64,000 bases of DNA, taken from Ilumatobacteraceae bacterium (lineage in GTDB: Bacteria; Actinomycetota; Acidimicrobiia; Acidimicrobiales; Ilumatobacteraceae). Numbering within the stretch: position 1 is the stretch's first letter; each line of letters opens with the position of its first letter. The position numbers were made by a program, and so were the translations under genes. Location: positions 9,838 through 73,837 of the forward strand of contig JBBANJ010000001.1 of the NCBI GenBank assembly GCA_040402055.1, given 5' to 3'. The notes below the pieces were generated by a model that ran no database searches, had not been told where the DNA came from, and worked only from the letters and a program-made list of their open reading frames with translations. Shown in pieces: positions 53,900 through 63,413 of the stretch.

Positions 53900-55057
53900 G
53901 TGCCCCAAAAGCCCGACACCAGTGCAGTTACCGCAGGACGAGACAATTCTCGGTCCCTTTCGCCTGTCATCTGGCCGAATTCGGTTTGGGAGTCTGACAG
54001 CCTGGCCGACGCCACCAAGCGAGCCACAGGCCTGCGTTCAGAGACTTTCTATTCACGTTTTTCCAACCCCACGGTGACTCAGTTTGAAAATGCCGTTGCT
54101 CAACTTGAGGGTGCAGAATCCGCTCTTGCTTTCGGATCTGGCATGGGAGCTATCGCGTCGGTCATCTTGTCGTTCTGTGGACATGGTTCGCATATCGTCG
54201 CGCAGAACAATTTGTACGGTGCCACATTGTCTTTCTTACAAGGACCGTGTGCACGTTTTGGAATAGAAACAACATTTGTCGACCCAGCGGTCCCAGGTTC
54301 ATTTGCTGCTGCAGTAATTCCTGGCAAGACAATGTTGGTGATCGCTGAGACTCCATCGAATCCGAGACTTGCAATTACAAACCTTGCTGAACTTGGAGCC
54401 ATTCGTGGTCCATTCACTGTCGTTGATTCGACGCTCGCTACACCAATGGGGCAACGTCCTCTCGATTTCGGAATCGACATCGTGTTGCATTCCGCCACCA
54501 AAGGCATTGGTGGACACAACGACGCACTGCTTGGGGTAATTGCCGGAGAGAAGGACCTCATCGATTCAGTGTGGGGCTATGCGGTCATGCACGGCGCAGT
54601 TGCCTCGCCATACGACGCAGCTAATGGTTTACGTGGAATACGCACGCTGGGGGTTCGTACAGAGCGCCAGAACCATAGTGCTCTGATTCTCGCTCGATCA
54701 CTGGAAGGCCATGCCAAGGTTCTCACGGTGTCACACCCGTTTTTAGAATCGCATCCGCAACATGAATTAGCACGCGAACAAATGCGGCTCGGCGGAACAG
54801 TTATAGCGGTCGAAATCGCGGGTGGCTTTGAAGCATGTCAGACCCTTGTTTCACAACTTCAAGTTGTTCGTATCGCCACTTCTTTTGGTGGACCCGAGAC
54901 ATTGGTATGCCATCCAGCAACCAGCACACATGTGGGGCTCTCGCCTGAATCGCTCGCCACGATGGGTGTCACGGATGGACTTCTGCGATTCTCAATTGGT
55001 CTTGAAGATGCCGATGACTTGGTCGATGACCTTCACCGAGCAATAGCTACGTTGTAA
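53900..55057 (+). CDS. PLP-dependent Cys/Met-metabolism enzyme (cystathionine gamma-synthase / gamma-lyase / O-acylhomoserine sulfhydrylase family)
   Basis: 385 aa with the PLP-lysine motif HSATKGIGGHND and N-terminal YSRFSNPT. It has a GTG start. Confidence 0.85.
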   Translation: MPQKPDTSAVTAGRDNSRSLSPVIWPNSVWESDSLADATKRATGLRSETFYSRFSNPTVTQFENAVAQLEGAESALAFGSGMGAIASVILSFCGHGSHIVAQNNLYGATLSFLQGPCARFGIETTFVDPAVPGSFAAAVIPGKTMLVIAETPSNPRLAITNLAELGAIRGPFTVVDSTLATPMGQRPLDFGIDIVLHSATKGIGGHNDALLGVIAGEKDLIDSVWGYAVMHGAVASPYDAANGLRGIRTLGVRTERQNHSALILARSLEGHAKVLTVSHPFLESHPQHELAREQMRLGGTVIAVEIAGGFEACQTLVSQLQVVRIATSFGGPETLVCHPATSTHVGLSPESLATMGVTDGLLRFSIGLEDADDLVDDLHRAIATL

Positions 55058-55060
55058 GTG

Positions 55061-55837
55061 CTACGCCTTCTTCGGAAGACGCGGAATAAACACACTGGTA
55101 CGAGTTGCGTACTCTGCATAGCCTTCACGGCGCTTGTTCATTGAATGCTCCAACATTGGAACGCCAGAGACCTTGAGCAAGAGATAAGTCATGACAACTG
55201 GCCCAATGAGACCAATGACTCCACTGCCGGTTTCAGCAGCGACGATTCCTATTCCCCACCACAACAGTGCATTACCGAAGTAGTTGGGATGACGAGTCAA
55301 GCTCCACAGGCCTGTCTGCATTACCTTGCCAGCGTTAGATGAATCGCGCTTGAAACGCGCCAGTTGCCAGTCTCCAATGGCTTCAAACAAAAACCCAACA
55401 GCCCACACCATGATTCCGATAACCGCAATCGGCCCAACGCCAGGAGTGGCATCGGAGTTTCCAAACATCACAGGTAACGAGACCGTAAACATCAACGCGC
55501 CTTGTAATCCGAACACAGTGACAAGACTGATCATTCCGAAATTCGGGCCTCTCTTCTTGCGCATCAATTTGTAGCGCCAATCTTCGCCATGGCCAAGATT
55601 GCGCTTTGCCAAATACGTGCCGAGACGAAGTCCCCATAGCCCAACCATGAACGCAAGCAACGCCTGCCGTGTTGAATCACCATCGATAGTCAGCGCGAGC
55701 ACCCACGAGGTGACCGCAAAGCCAAGACCCCACGTAATGTCAACAATCGACGCATTCTTGATAGCCAGACTTATTAACCACGTGACGAACATGATGATCA
55801 CAATTGTGATCGCTGATACTGCCATTGCTTTACCCAT
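55061..55837 (-). CDS. DUF1295 / steroid-5-alpha-reductase-like membrane protein
   Basis: Polytopic, with LWSLTRHPNYFGNALLWWG. The ATG at 55837 is preceded by GGGGGG and overlaps the upstream stop by 8 nt. Confidence 0.75.
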   Translation of the reverse strand: MGKAMAVSAITIVIIMFVTWLISLAIKNASIVDITWGLGFAVTSWVLALTIDGDSTRQALLAFMVGLWGLRLGTYLAKRNLGHGEDWRYKLMRKKRGPNFGMISLVTVFGLQGALMFTVSLPVMFGNSDATPGVGPIAVIGIMVWAVGFLFEAIGDWQLARFKRDSSNAGKVMQTGLWSLTRHPNYFGNALLWWGIGIVAAETGSGVIGLIGPVVMTYLLLKVSGVPMLEHSMNKRREGYAEYATRTSVFIPRLPKKA

Positions 55838-56837
55838 GAACAACCCCCCGATTGCTGTTTGCATCGCTGTCTAATTGACGACGAACTGCGTTATCCATCT
55901 CGACCCATTTTGCGTCAAGCCACGACACGAATGCTTCACCAGATGGAATCATCGCGCGCGAGATCTCTTCTACGTGAACATGCACTTTTGCCTTTGCGCG
56001 ACCCAAGTGGCTCAGAATTCCAGAGAAGGTATCGAGACCATCGAAACCGCTATGCCACATGACAAGAACGTTCGCCTCCGGAACAGCTGAGAGCAAAGCG
56101 CTCGCTCCCGCAGGCTTTGGAGGAATCAAGTACTGCAAGCCTGAGAGAACTTCAGCGCGTTGCGGTGAACGCTCGCGCAAGCGCTCGATGGCGCGAACAC
56201 GCTTCTTTGCACTTGCGCGGCTTCCTTCAGGGAAGATCACTGCACAGTCCTTCACTCCTAAACCAGCGGCCATTTGTTCAATACCTTGCAGTTCGCCTGC
56301 AATATTCGAGGATTCCCTATCAACGAAATAATTCGGCAAACGATGTCCGAGAATGTCAAGACACGGATCCATCTTCAGTTCCTTTTTCAGAACGAATCGT
56401 GGACGCAGTCCAACATGAGAAGCAACAACCCATGAACTCATGATTGAGTCAGCAAGACTCGCGTGACGACCAAGCGCAACGAATGGCCCAGGGCCTACAT
56501 GTTCTGCACCTTCAACAGTTATCTGTAGTCCAACCGTGAAGCCGAGTGCCTGAATAAGACTGCGGCACCACCAGGTTTGCAGTGCGTAATGTGCCGGCAC
56601 ACTGCGTCCGCGTTTCGTGAAGAACAAGAACAGTGCCACGACAAGACCAAACGTCTCTAGCCACGCCCAACAGGTCGCAAATGCAATGAGACGCGGGATT
56701 GGGAAACGCCATCGCCCGCGAACCGCATCAACCAACATGGTGATGACTACCCAGACTGGAAGGGTGACCGTGAGAGCAATTGCGAGGAAAAAGACCCCAA
56801 GCCCTGTGATGGGGCGGCGTACCCAACTGGATTTCAT
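55830..56837 (-). CDS. lysophospholipid acyltransferase (PlsC/LPLAT family)
   Basis: 335 aa with N-terminal TM helices, the HX4D motif GRHASLADS, and FPEGSR. Confidence 0.75.
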   Translation of the reverse strand: MKSSWVRRPITGLGVFFLAIALTVTLPVWVVITMLVDAVRGRWRFPIPRLIAFATCWAWLETFGLVVALFLFFTKRGRSVPAHYALQTWWCRSLIQALGFTVGLQITVEGAEHVGPGPFVALGRHASLADSIMSSWVVASHVGLRPRFVLKKELKMDPCLDILGHRLPNYFVDRESSNIAGELQGIEQMAAGLGVKDCAVIFPEGSRASAKKRVRAIERLRERSPQRAEVLSGLQYLIPPKPAGASALLSAVPEANVLVMWHSGFDGLDTFSGILSHLGRAKAKVHVHVEEISRAMIPSGEAFVSWLDAKWVEMDNAVRRQLDSDANSNRGVVHG

Positions 56838-56925
56838 ATGGGAACCCTATTCCTCCACGCGCGTCCCGCATGGAACCCAAGAACTTTATGGCTTTTAGTT
56901 TTACTTTTCGTATAAGTTGGTCCCA

Positions 56926-59532
56926 ATGACTGATGTAGCCGACCAATCCACCCGTGTCTCTTTTCGGGTCAACGGCCAGGACGTTTCGGTCGCATCTGAC
57001 CATCCGCACTTACTGGCGGCGTTGCGCGACGAACTGGACATCACGTCCCCCAAGGATGGATGTTCACCCACCGGCCAATGTGGCTGCTGCACCATCATGA
57101 TTGACGGCAAAGCGCAGGTCTCATGCCAATACCCCGTTGCCAAGGCCGAAGGACGCGAGATCACCACTTTGGAAGGCGTCGATGAATCTGAACGTCAGTC
57201 TTTTTCAGACGCGTTCGCTGCATGTGGTGGTTTGCAGTGCGGATTTTGTATCCCTGGCATTGTCATGCGTGCAAAGTCACAGATTGACAAGAAGGGCGCC
57301 GACCTCAAGCGTGAAGATATGGCTCGCCATCTTGGAGCGCATCTGTGTCGTTGTACCGGGTACGTGAAGATTCTTGATGCGATTGATGTCGTAGCTAAGG
57401 GAACCCCTGTTTCAGTTTCTCTTCCAGGCGGAATCGGTTCGCGCGGAGCCAAGTATGAAGCTGGCGAACTTGCGCTAGGTGATCGTGGATACGTGGACGA
57501 CATACGAGTTCCCGGAATGCTTCACGCAGCGCTTCACCTCACAGCGCATGTTCGTGCAGACGTTCTTGCCATTGATACAACAGATGCCTTAGCAGCGCCG
57601 GGCGTAGAGGCGGTGTTTACAGCAGCAGATGTCCCGGGCGACATACGTGTCGGAATCATTTACAAAGACTGGCCAATCTTCATTGGCGTCGGAGAACGTA
57701 CGTCATATGCCGGCGACGTACTTGCCATCGTTGTTGCACGCACTCGTCGAGAAGCCCGCGCGGCCGCGCAGTTGATAAAAGTCACCTACGCCCCACTGCG
57801 TCCCATCGTCGATGCTGTAACAGCGATTACAGATACCGAAATCGCCGTATGGGGCACCGACAGCAACGTCTTGTCGCGCAGTGAATATCGACGTGGCGAC
57901 ACTCAAGCAGCACTCGGTACAAGTTCGTTTACTGTTACTGAAACTTTTCAGACACAACGCATTGAACATGCATTCTTAGAACCCGAATCAACTCTGGCAG
58001 TACCAAACACTGAAGCTGGCACCATGCATGTGTATTCAGGTGGTCAGGGAGTTTGGGATGACCGCGATCAGATCTGTGACATCTTGAATGTTCCGAAAGA
58101 CAAAGTCACTGTTGAACTTGTATCAAACGGTGGTGCATTCGGAGGCAAAGAAGACATGTCGAACCAAGGCCAAACAGCCTTGGCTGCATGGCTGCTTCAA
58201 CAGCCAGTCAACTGCACATTGTCTCGTGAGGAAAGCTTCCTCATGCACGCAAAGCGTCATCCAATTCGTATGGAATATTCAGTTGGCTGTGACGCCAATG
58301 GCAAGTTGACTGCAGTGCACGCCCGAATGATTGGCGATTCAGGCTCGTATGCATCGGTTGGTATGAAAGTTCTTGAACGTGCAGCTGGTCATGCGACTGG
58401 TCCGTACTTCGTACCGAATGTTGACGTTGCATCTGTGGCTGTCCGTACCAATAATCCTGTCTGCGGAGCTTTCCGTGGTTTCGGCGCCAACCAGGCACAG
58501 TTCGCCATGGAAGGCTGTCTTGACCGCCTTGCTGAGCAACTAGGTATCTCAGGTTGGGAGATTCGTAAGCGCAATGTGATTCACCCAGGCCAAGTATGGG
58601 GTCCAGGCCAAATCATGGATGATGGTTGCAAGGGCGCAGACATGTGCCTCGACGAAATCAAGCCTGCGTACGACGCCGCTGTTGCAGCTGGTTGCGCAGT
58701 AGGTCTTGGCCTCGGCCTCAAGAACTCAGGACTAGGAAACGGGTTCCGCGAAGTTGCGCGAGCTGTCGTCCACTTTCGTACGGATGGCATCGTTGAAGTG
58801 CGACACGGTTGGACAGAAATGGGCCAAGGCGTTCACACTGTTGCTCTTCAAGTAGCAGTTGAAGAACTTGGGATCGATGCGTCATCAATTCGTGTTTGTG
58901 TTGATACAACTCGTCAATTGGGTTTTGGTCAAACAACGGGCAGCCGTGGCACTCTCATGGCAGCAGCAAGCGTTCAACGCGCATGTGCTGCAGGCCTCGA
59001 AGATGGTTGCAAGACCGGCATTGATTACACAGGCGAATATGTCATTGACTGGACACACCACCTGGGCGAACCTGGCATCGAGAATCCAATCATTCACTCT
59101 GCTTTTGGTTACGCCGCTCAAATGGTCATCATGGATCCTGAGACTCAGAAGATTGACAAAGTTGTTGCAGTTCATGACGTTGGTCGCGCAGTAAACCCAA
59201 CATTGTGTGAAGGACAAATTGAAGGTTCAGTTCACATGGGCCTCGGATATGCATTGACCGAAGAATTCCCCAGTGACGAAATGGGTTACCCAACAAACAT
59301 GACGTTGCGTTCTCTCGGAATCATTCGGCCAAAAGACATGCCACCAGTTGATGTTGTCATGGTGGAATGCCCGCAGCCTCGCAGTCCATATGGCATCAAG
59401 GGCGTCGGTGAAATTGGTCTTGTACCAACAGCGCCTGCAGTCGCCGCTGCGCTTCATGCAGCTGATGGAATTTGGCGCACACAACTTCCAATGAAACCTA
59501 AAAACTCCGATTCAAATGAGGACCCAACATGA
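56926..59532 (+). CDS. single-chain molybdopterin aldehyde/xanthine-oxidoreductase-family enzyme with fused 2x[2Fe-2S] domain (MOP type, no FAD domain)
   Basis: It has plant-type [17 protein letters not shown]...SC and second-cluster QCGFCIPG...CRCTGY motifs. The Moco large-subunit domains follow directly ([23 protein letters not shown]). I preferred the ATG at 56926 over the TTG at 56917. Confidence 0.85.
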   Translation: MTDVADQSTRVSFRVNGQDVSVASDHPHLLAALRDELDITSPKDGCSPTGQCGCCTIMIDGKAQVSCQYPVAKAEGREITTLEGVDESERQSFSDAFAACGGLQCGFCIPGIVMRAKSQIDKKGADLKREDMARHLGAHLCRCTGYVKILDAIDVVAKGTPVSVSLPGGIGSRGAKYEAGELALGDRGYVDDIRVPGMLHAALHLTAHVRADVLAIDTTDALAAPGVEAVFTAADVPGDIRVGIIYKDWPIFIGVGERTSYAGDVLAIVVARTRREARAAAQLIKVTYAPLRPIVDAVTAITDTEIAVWGTDSNVLSRSEYRRGDTQAALGTSSFTVTETFQTQRIEHAFLEPESTLAVPNTEAGTMHVYSGGQGVWDDRDQICDILNVPKDKVTVELVSNGGAFGGKEDMSNQGQTALAAWLLQQPVNCTLSREESFLMHAKRHPIRMEYSVGCDANGKLTAVHARMIGDSGSYASVGMKVLERAAGHATGPYFVPNVDVASVAVRTNNPVCGAFRGFGANQAQFAMEGCLDRLAEQLGISGWEIRKRNVIHPGQVWGPGQIMDDGCKGADMCLDEIKPAYDAAVAAGCAVGLGLGLKNSGLGNGFREVARAVVHFRTDGIVEVRHGWTEMGQGVHTVALQVAVEELGIDASSIRVCVDTTRQLGFGQTTGSRGTLMAAASVQRACAAGLEDGCKTGIDYTGEYVIDWTHHLGEPGIENPIIHSAFGYAAQMVIMDPETQKIDKVVAVHDVGRAVNPTLCEGQIEGSVHMGLGYALTEEFPSDEMGYPTNMTLRSLGIIRPKDMPPVDVVMVECPQPRSPYGIKGVGEIGLVPTAPAVAAALHAADGIWRTQLPMKPKNSDSNEDPT

Positions 59533-60530
59533 CAAGCCCCGCAGCCCTGTACTTGCAAGACGCACACCCCATTGCTGAAGGCATGGAGTACACGAAGTAC
59601 GCAGAACAAAAAGGCTTCGAAGCCGTGTGGCAAGCAGATAGCCGTCTTGTTCGTGATGCCATTGTTCCAATGTCTGCATTCGCCGCCGTCACAGACAAAA
59701 TCAAGATTGGTTCTGGCGTTGTTGATTGTTGGACACGTAACCCTGCACGTCTCGCTGCAACCTTTTCAACTCTTGATGACTTAGCTCCAGGTCGGGTAAT
59801 TCTTGGCATTGGTGCTTGGTGGGACCCCCTTGCAGAAAAGGTTGGCATCTCACGCGCGAAGCCTCTTCGTGCAATGCGCGAAATCATCACAGCAGTTCGT
59901 GCTTTGTTGGCAAACGAGACAGTCACTATGAACGGTGAGTTTGTGCACCTTGACGGCGTTGAACTCGATTACGTGTACCAAGAGCGTCGTCCAAAAGATG
60001 TGCCCATCTATCTCGGTGCTACCGGTATGCAAATGATGGAACTGGCAGGCGAAATTGCCGATGGTGTTGTTCTCAACTACCTCGTCTCCCCCGACTACAA
60101 CAAGAAGGCTCTTGAGCACCTGGCAATCGGCGCAGACAAAGCGGGACGTTCCTTGGAAAAGATTGATAGACCACAACTCGTTGTGTGCAGTGTTCATGAA
60201 GATCGCAAAACCGCGCTTGACATGGCTCGCATGATGGTGACGCAATATCTCGGACAACAACCACACATCATGAAGGCTTCAGGCGTACCACAATCACTGC
60301 TTGACAAAGTTGGAGAAGTTCTGACTTGGCCCGCCACCCATGAACAAGTTGAAGCTGCATCAAAGCTTGTGCCCGATGAAATTGTTCAGATGCTCACAGC
60401 TTCAGGAACTCCCGATGAAGCACGCGCGAAGGTTCGCGAATACATCAAAGACGGTGCTACCTGCCCAATCTTGTACCCACTTGGTGATGTCACAGCCATG
60501 ATCGATGCCTTCGCTGGCTGGACTGCCTAG
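59529..60530 (+). CDS. LLM-class (Mer-like) oxidoreductase, probably F420-dependent
   Basis: 333 aa with an LLM TIM-barrel pattern ([28 protein letters not shown]). The ATG overlaps the upstream stop (ATGA). Confidence 0.75.
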   Translation: MTSPAALYLQDAHPIAEGMEYTKYAEQKGFEAVWQADSRLVRDAIVPMSAFAAVTDKIKIGSGVVDCWTRNPARLAATFSTLDDLAPGRVILGIGAWWDPLAEKVGISRAKPLRAMREIITAVRALLANETVTMNGEFVHLDGVELDYVYQERRPKDVPIYLGATGMQMMELAGEIADGVVLNYLVSPDYNKKALEHLAIGADKAGRSLEKIDRPQLVVCSVHEDRKTALDMARMMVTQYLGQQPHIMKASGVPQSLLDKVGEVLTWPATHEQVEAASKLVPDEIVQMLTASGTPDEARAKVREYIKDGATCPILYPLGDVTAMIDAFAGWTA

Positions 60531-60562
60531 TTCCTGCTCTTCCATCACATACGATTGCAGCA

Positions 60563-61744
60563 GTGAATGCTCAGTCGCCATTAACGAATCGCCTGCAAGG
60601 CTTTGGCGCATCGATCTTTGCCGAGATGACTGCACTTGCGGTATCAACCGGGTCCATCAATCTCGGCCAGGGGTTTCCTGACTACGACGGCCCCGCTGAA
60701 GTTCTACAGATTGCGCAAGATCAAATCTCTGCGGGCAACAATCAGTACCCACCTGGCATTGGCATGGCAGATCTTCGACTTGCGGTCAGTGGGCATGAAG
60801 ATCGATTCTGGGGTCTCATCTACGACCCTGCGACAGAAATTCTCATCACTATGGGAGCAACCGAGGCCCTCGCCGGAGCCCTACTTGGCATTCTGAACGA
60901 CGGTGATGAAGTGATTGTGTTCGAGCCACTGTTTGACACGTATGCAGGATGCATTGCGTTGGCAGGTGCGATCAGCGTGCCCGTTACCCTGCGTCCGCAA
61001 CAGTCTGGACGTTATGAGTTCGACGCTGATGAATTGAGGCATTCAATCACTCCGCGCACACGAATGATTCTTCTGAATTCACCGCATAATCCCACTGGTT
61101 CTGTATTCACATTGGAAGAACTCACAACTATTGCTGGGATAGCAATAGAGCACGACCTCATAGTTATCTCAGACGAGGTGTATGAACACTTGGTATTCGA
61201 CGACAAGAAGCACATTCCGATAGCAACTCTGCCCGGAATGTTCGAACGCACCATCACTATTTCTTCTGGCGGAAAATCTTTCAATACAACCGGTTGGAAG
61301 ATCGGTTGGGCCTGTGCTCCCGCTCCACTCATCAATGCAACACGCATGGCCAAACAACTATTTACCTTCGCAGGTGGCTCACCATTTCAACCAGCAATCG
61401 CTGCCGGTCTTCGCTTGCCTGATTCCTACTTTGTGGCGCTGGCAGCTGATCTACAGAACAAGCGTGATGTTTTGATGTTGGCTCTTGAAGAGTGCGGACT
61501 GCGACCCATCACCCCTGAAGGCACATATTTCATTACTGCCGATGTTCGCGGTCGCCGCACTGACGGCGATGGCGTTGCTTTTTGTCGCGAACTTCCGAAC
61601 CAAGCCGGAATTGTCGCTATTCCTGCAGCAGTTCTCTATGACCCTCGAAATGAATCAGAAGGACGGCATTTCGTTCGCTTCGCATTCTGTAAAGAACTGT
61701 CAACCATTTCTCGGGCGTCTGAACAATTGCGAGCATGGGCATGA
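60563..61744 (+). CDS. class I/II PLP aminotransferase (methionine/glutamine transaminase-like)
   Basis: 393 aa with NSPHNPTG and the PLP-lysine context SSGGKSFNTTGWKIGW. It has a GTG start. Confidence 0.85.
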   Translation: MNAQSPLTNRLQGFGASIFAEMTALAVSTGSINLGQGFPDYDGPAEVLQIAQDQISAGNNQYPPGIGMADLRLAVSGHEDRFWGLIYDPATEILITMGATEALAGALLGILNDGDEVIVFEPLFDTYAGCIALAGAISVPVTLRPQQSGRYEFDADELRHSITPRTRMILLNSPHNPTGSVFTLEELTTIAGIAIEHDLIVISDEVYEHLVFDDKKHIPIATLPGMFERTITISSGGKSFNTTGWKIGWACAPAPLINATRMAKQLFTFAGGSPFQPAIAAGLRLPDSYFVALAADLQNKRDVLMLALEECGLRPITPEGTYFITADVRGRRTDGDGVAFCRELPNQAGIVAIPAAVLYDPRNESEGRHFVRFAFCKELSTISRASEQLRAWA

Positions 61745-62499
61745 AAGTTGCGGTAATTCAAGCCGACACTGTGTGGGAAGACAGGCACGCGAATTTCGCT
61801 CAGATCTCTCCCCTTGTTTCAACTGTCGTGGAGAACGGCGCAACATTTATTCTGCTCACAGAAATGTTCTCAACAGGTTTTGTCGTAGACCGAAGCGATA
61901 TCGGCGAACCGGAAGGTGGCCCATCATCACAGTTCCTTTCCACGATGGCAACGCAACACAACGTTTGGATTGGCGGCAGTTGCCCTGAAGTGACACCAGA
62001 TGATCCCCGCCCTTTCAACTCCTTTGTCCTTGTAAGCCCACAGGGCAAACAACACAGGTATCACAAGATTCACCCATTTACATTCGGTGGCGAAGATACC
62101 TATTTCCGCCCTGGCAAAGATTTTGTAACAGTAGACGTTGACGGTATTCGGGTGACTCTTTTTGTGTGTTACGACCTTCGCTTCGCCGACGAGTTTTGGA
62201 AGACCGCAGCAAACACAGACGTCTATGTGGTGCCAGGCAATTGGCCAGCTAGTCGCCGCGAACACTGGATGGCATTACTACGCGCACGAGCAATAGAGAA
62301 TCAAGCATTTGTCGTTGGTTGCAATCGTGTCGGTTCAGGTGGTGGATTGAACTACGCGGGCGACAGTCGAGTAATTAACCCTCTTGGCGAAGTCATCGCA
62401 GAGGCTGGCGATCAATCGACTGTCCTCTATGCCGATATATCTTCAGAAGAAGTACAGACAGTTCGCACTACGTTCCCATTCATGCAGGACCGTCGATGA
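61741..62499 (+). CDS. carbon-nitrogen hydrolase, omega-amidase (YafV/Nit2-like)
   Basis: It has an E-K-C triad context (LLTEMF, KIHPF, FVCYDLRF). The ATG at 61741 overlaps the aminotransferase stop (ATGA). Confidence 0.8.
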   Translation: MKVAVIQADTVWEDRHANFAQISPLVSTVVENGATFILLTEMFSTGFVVDRSDIGEPEGGPSSQFLSTMATQHNVWIGGSCPEVTPDDPRPFNSFVLVSPQGKQHRYHKIHPFTFGGEDTYFRPGKDFVTVDVDGIRVTLFVCYDLRFADEFWKTAANTDVYVVPGNWPASRREHWMALLRARAIENQAFVVGCNRVGSGGGLNYAGDSRVINPLGEVIAEAGDQSTVLYADISSEEVQTVRTTFPFMQDRR

Positions 62500-63413
62500 A
62501 ATCACGACCACTTCTCGCTCGCATTAGTTCTGTTCTAGGAATAGCTATTGGTATCGCTGGTGTTGCGTTCGTTACACGTACGTTGATCTCAAAGTGGGAT
62601 GAAGTCAGCAATGCCTTCAGCCAAGTAGATGCAATCAATCTTGTTCTGAGCCTCCTCTTGGGCCTTGCAGCCATGACCTCAATCGGATGGATCTGGGTAA
62701 CAATGATCGTTGCCCGTTCGCACAATGTTCGTCATCGCAATGCCATGTCGTGGTATTTCACTGGCCAGTTAGGAAAGTACGTCCCGGGCGGTATCTGGCC
62801 CATAGTGGGTCGAGCCGAACTTGCTGTGCGCAACGGCATTCCTCGTCTTGATGCATATGCCTCAACTGGCTTGTCTCTCGTTACGACATATGCAGCAGCC
62901 GTGGTGACAATAGGTATCGGAGCGGCCGCAACTACTGGCCACCGGCTCATCGCTGTTCTCATTTCTCTCGGCCTCATCGTTGCGTATGCAGCCTTCTCAC
63001 AACCTTCACTTCGCGCAGTAATCATTCGTGTCGCAACCCGTGTCTCGTCTTCTGCTTCATCGCTGACGGACCCGAAGAGACTCGCTCGCCTGACACTCGT
63101 TCACGTTCCCGCTTGGATCTTGATGTCACTGTCCACGTCGGTCACGGCAACAGCTTTCGGAGCCAAAATCAGCATCGCTGACATGCTGTTCATCACCACC
63201 ACTTCCTGGCTTGCTGGTTTTGTCGTTGTCGGAGTTCCTGGCGGTATTGGTGTTCGCGAGGCCGTGTTTACGTCACTTGCCGGAGGCATTATTGGCACTC
63301 CGATGGCAGTCTCTCTTGCGCTTATGAGCCGTGTTGTCTTTATCGCTGTCGATCTCAGCGGGGCTCTGATCTCGAGCGTTATTTCGCGGCTGAATAGCTC
63401 AGCGAAATCCTGA
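62496..63413 (+). CDS. UPF0104 / lysylphosphatidylglycerol-synthase-TM-region family membrane protein
   Basis: 305 aa, polytopic, with GKYVPGGIWPIVGRAEL and GGIGVREAVF signatures. It is joined to the upstream gene by an ATGA overlap. Confidence 0.75.
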   Translation: MKSRPLLARISSVLGIAIGIAGVAFVTRTLISKWDEVSNAFSQVDAINLVLSLLLGLAAMTSIGWIWVTMIVARSHNVRHRNAMSWYFTGQLGKYVPGGIWPIVGRAELAVRNGIPRLDAYASTGLSLVTTYAAAVVTIGIGAAATTGHRLIAVLISLGLIVAYAAFSQPSLRAVIIRVATRVSSSASSLTDPKRLARLTLVHVPAWILMSLSTSVTATAFGAKISIADMLFITTTSWLAGFVVVGVPGGIGVREAVFTSLAGGIIGTPMAVSLALMSRVVFIAVDLSGALISSVISRLNSSAKS

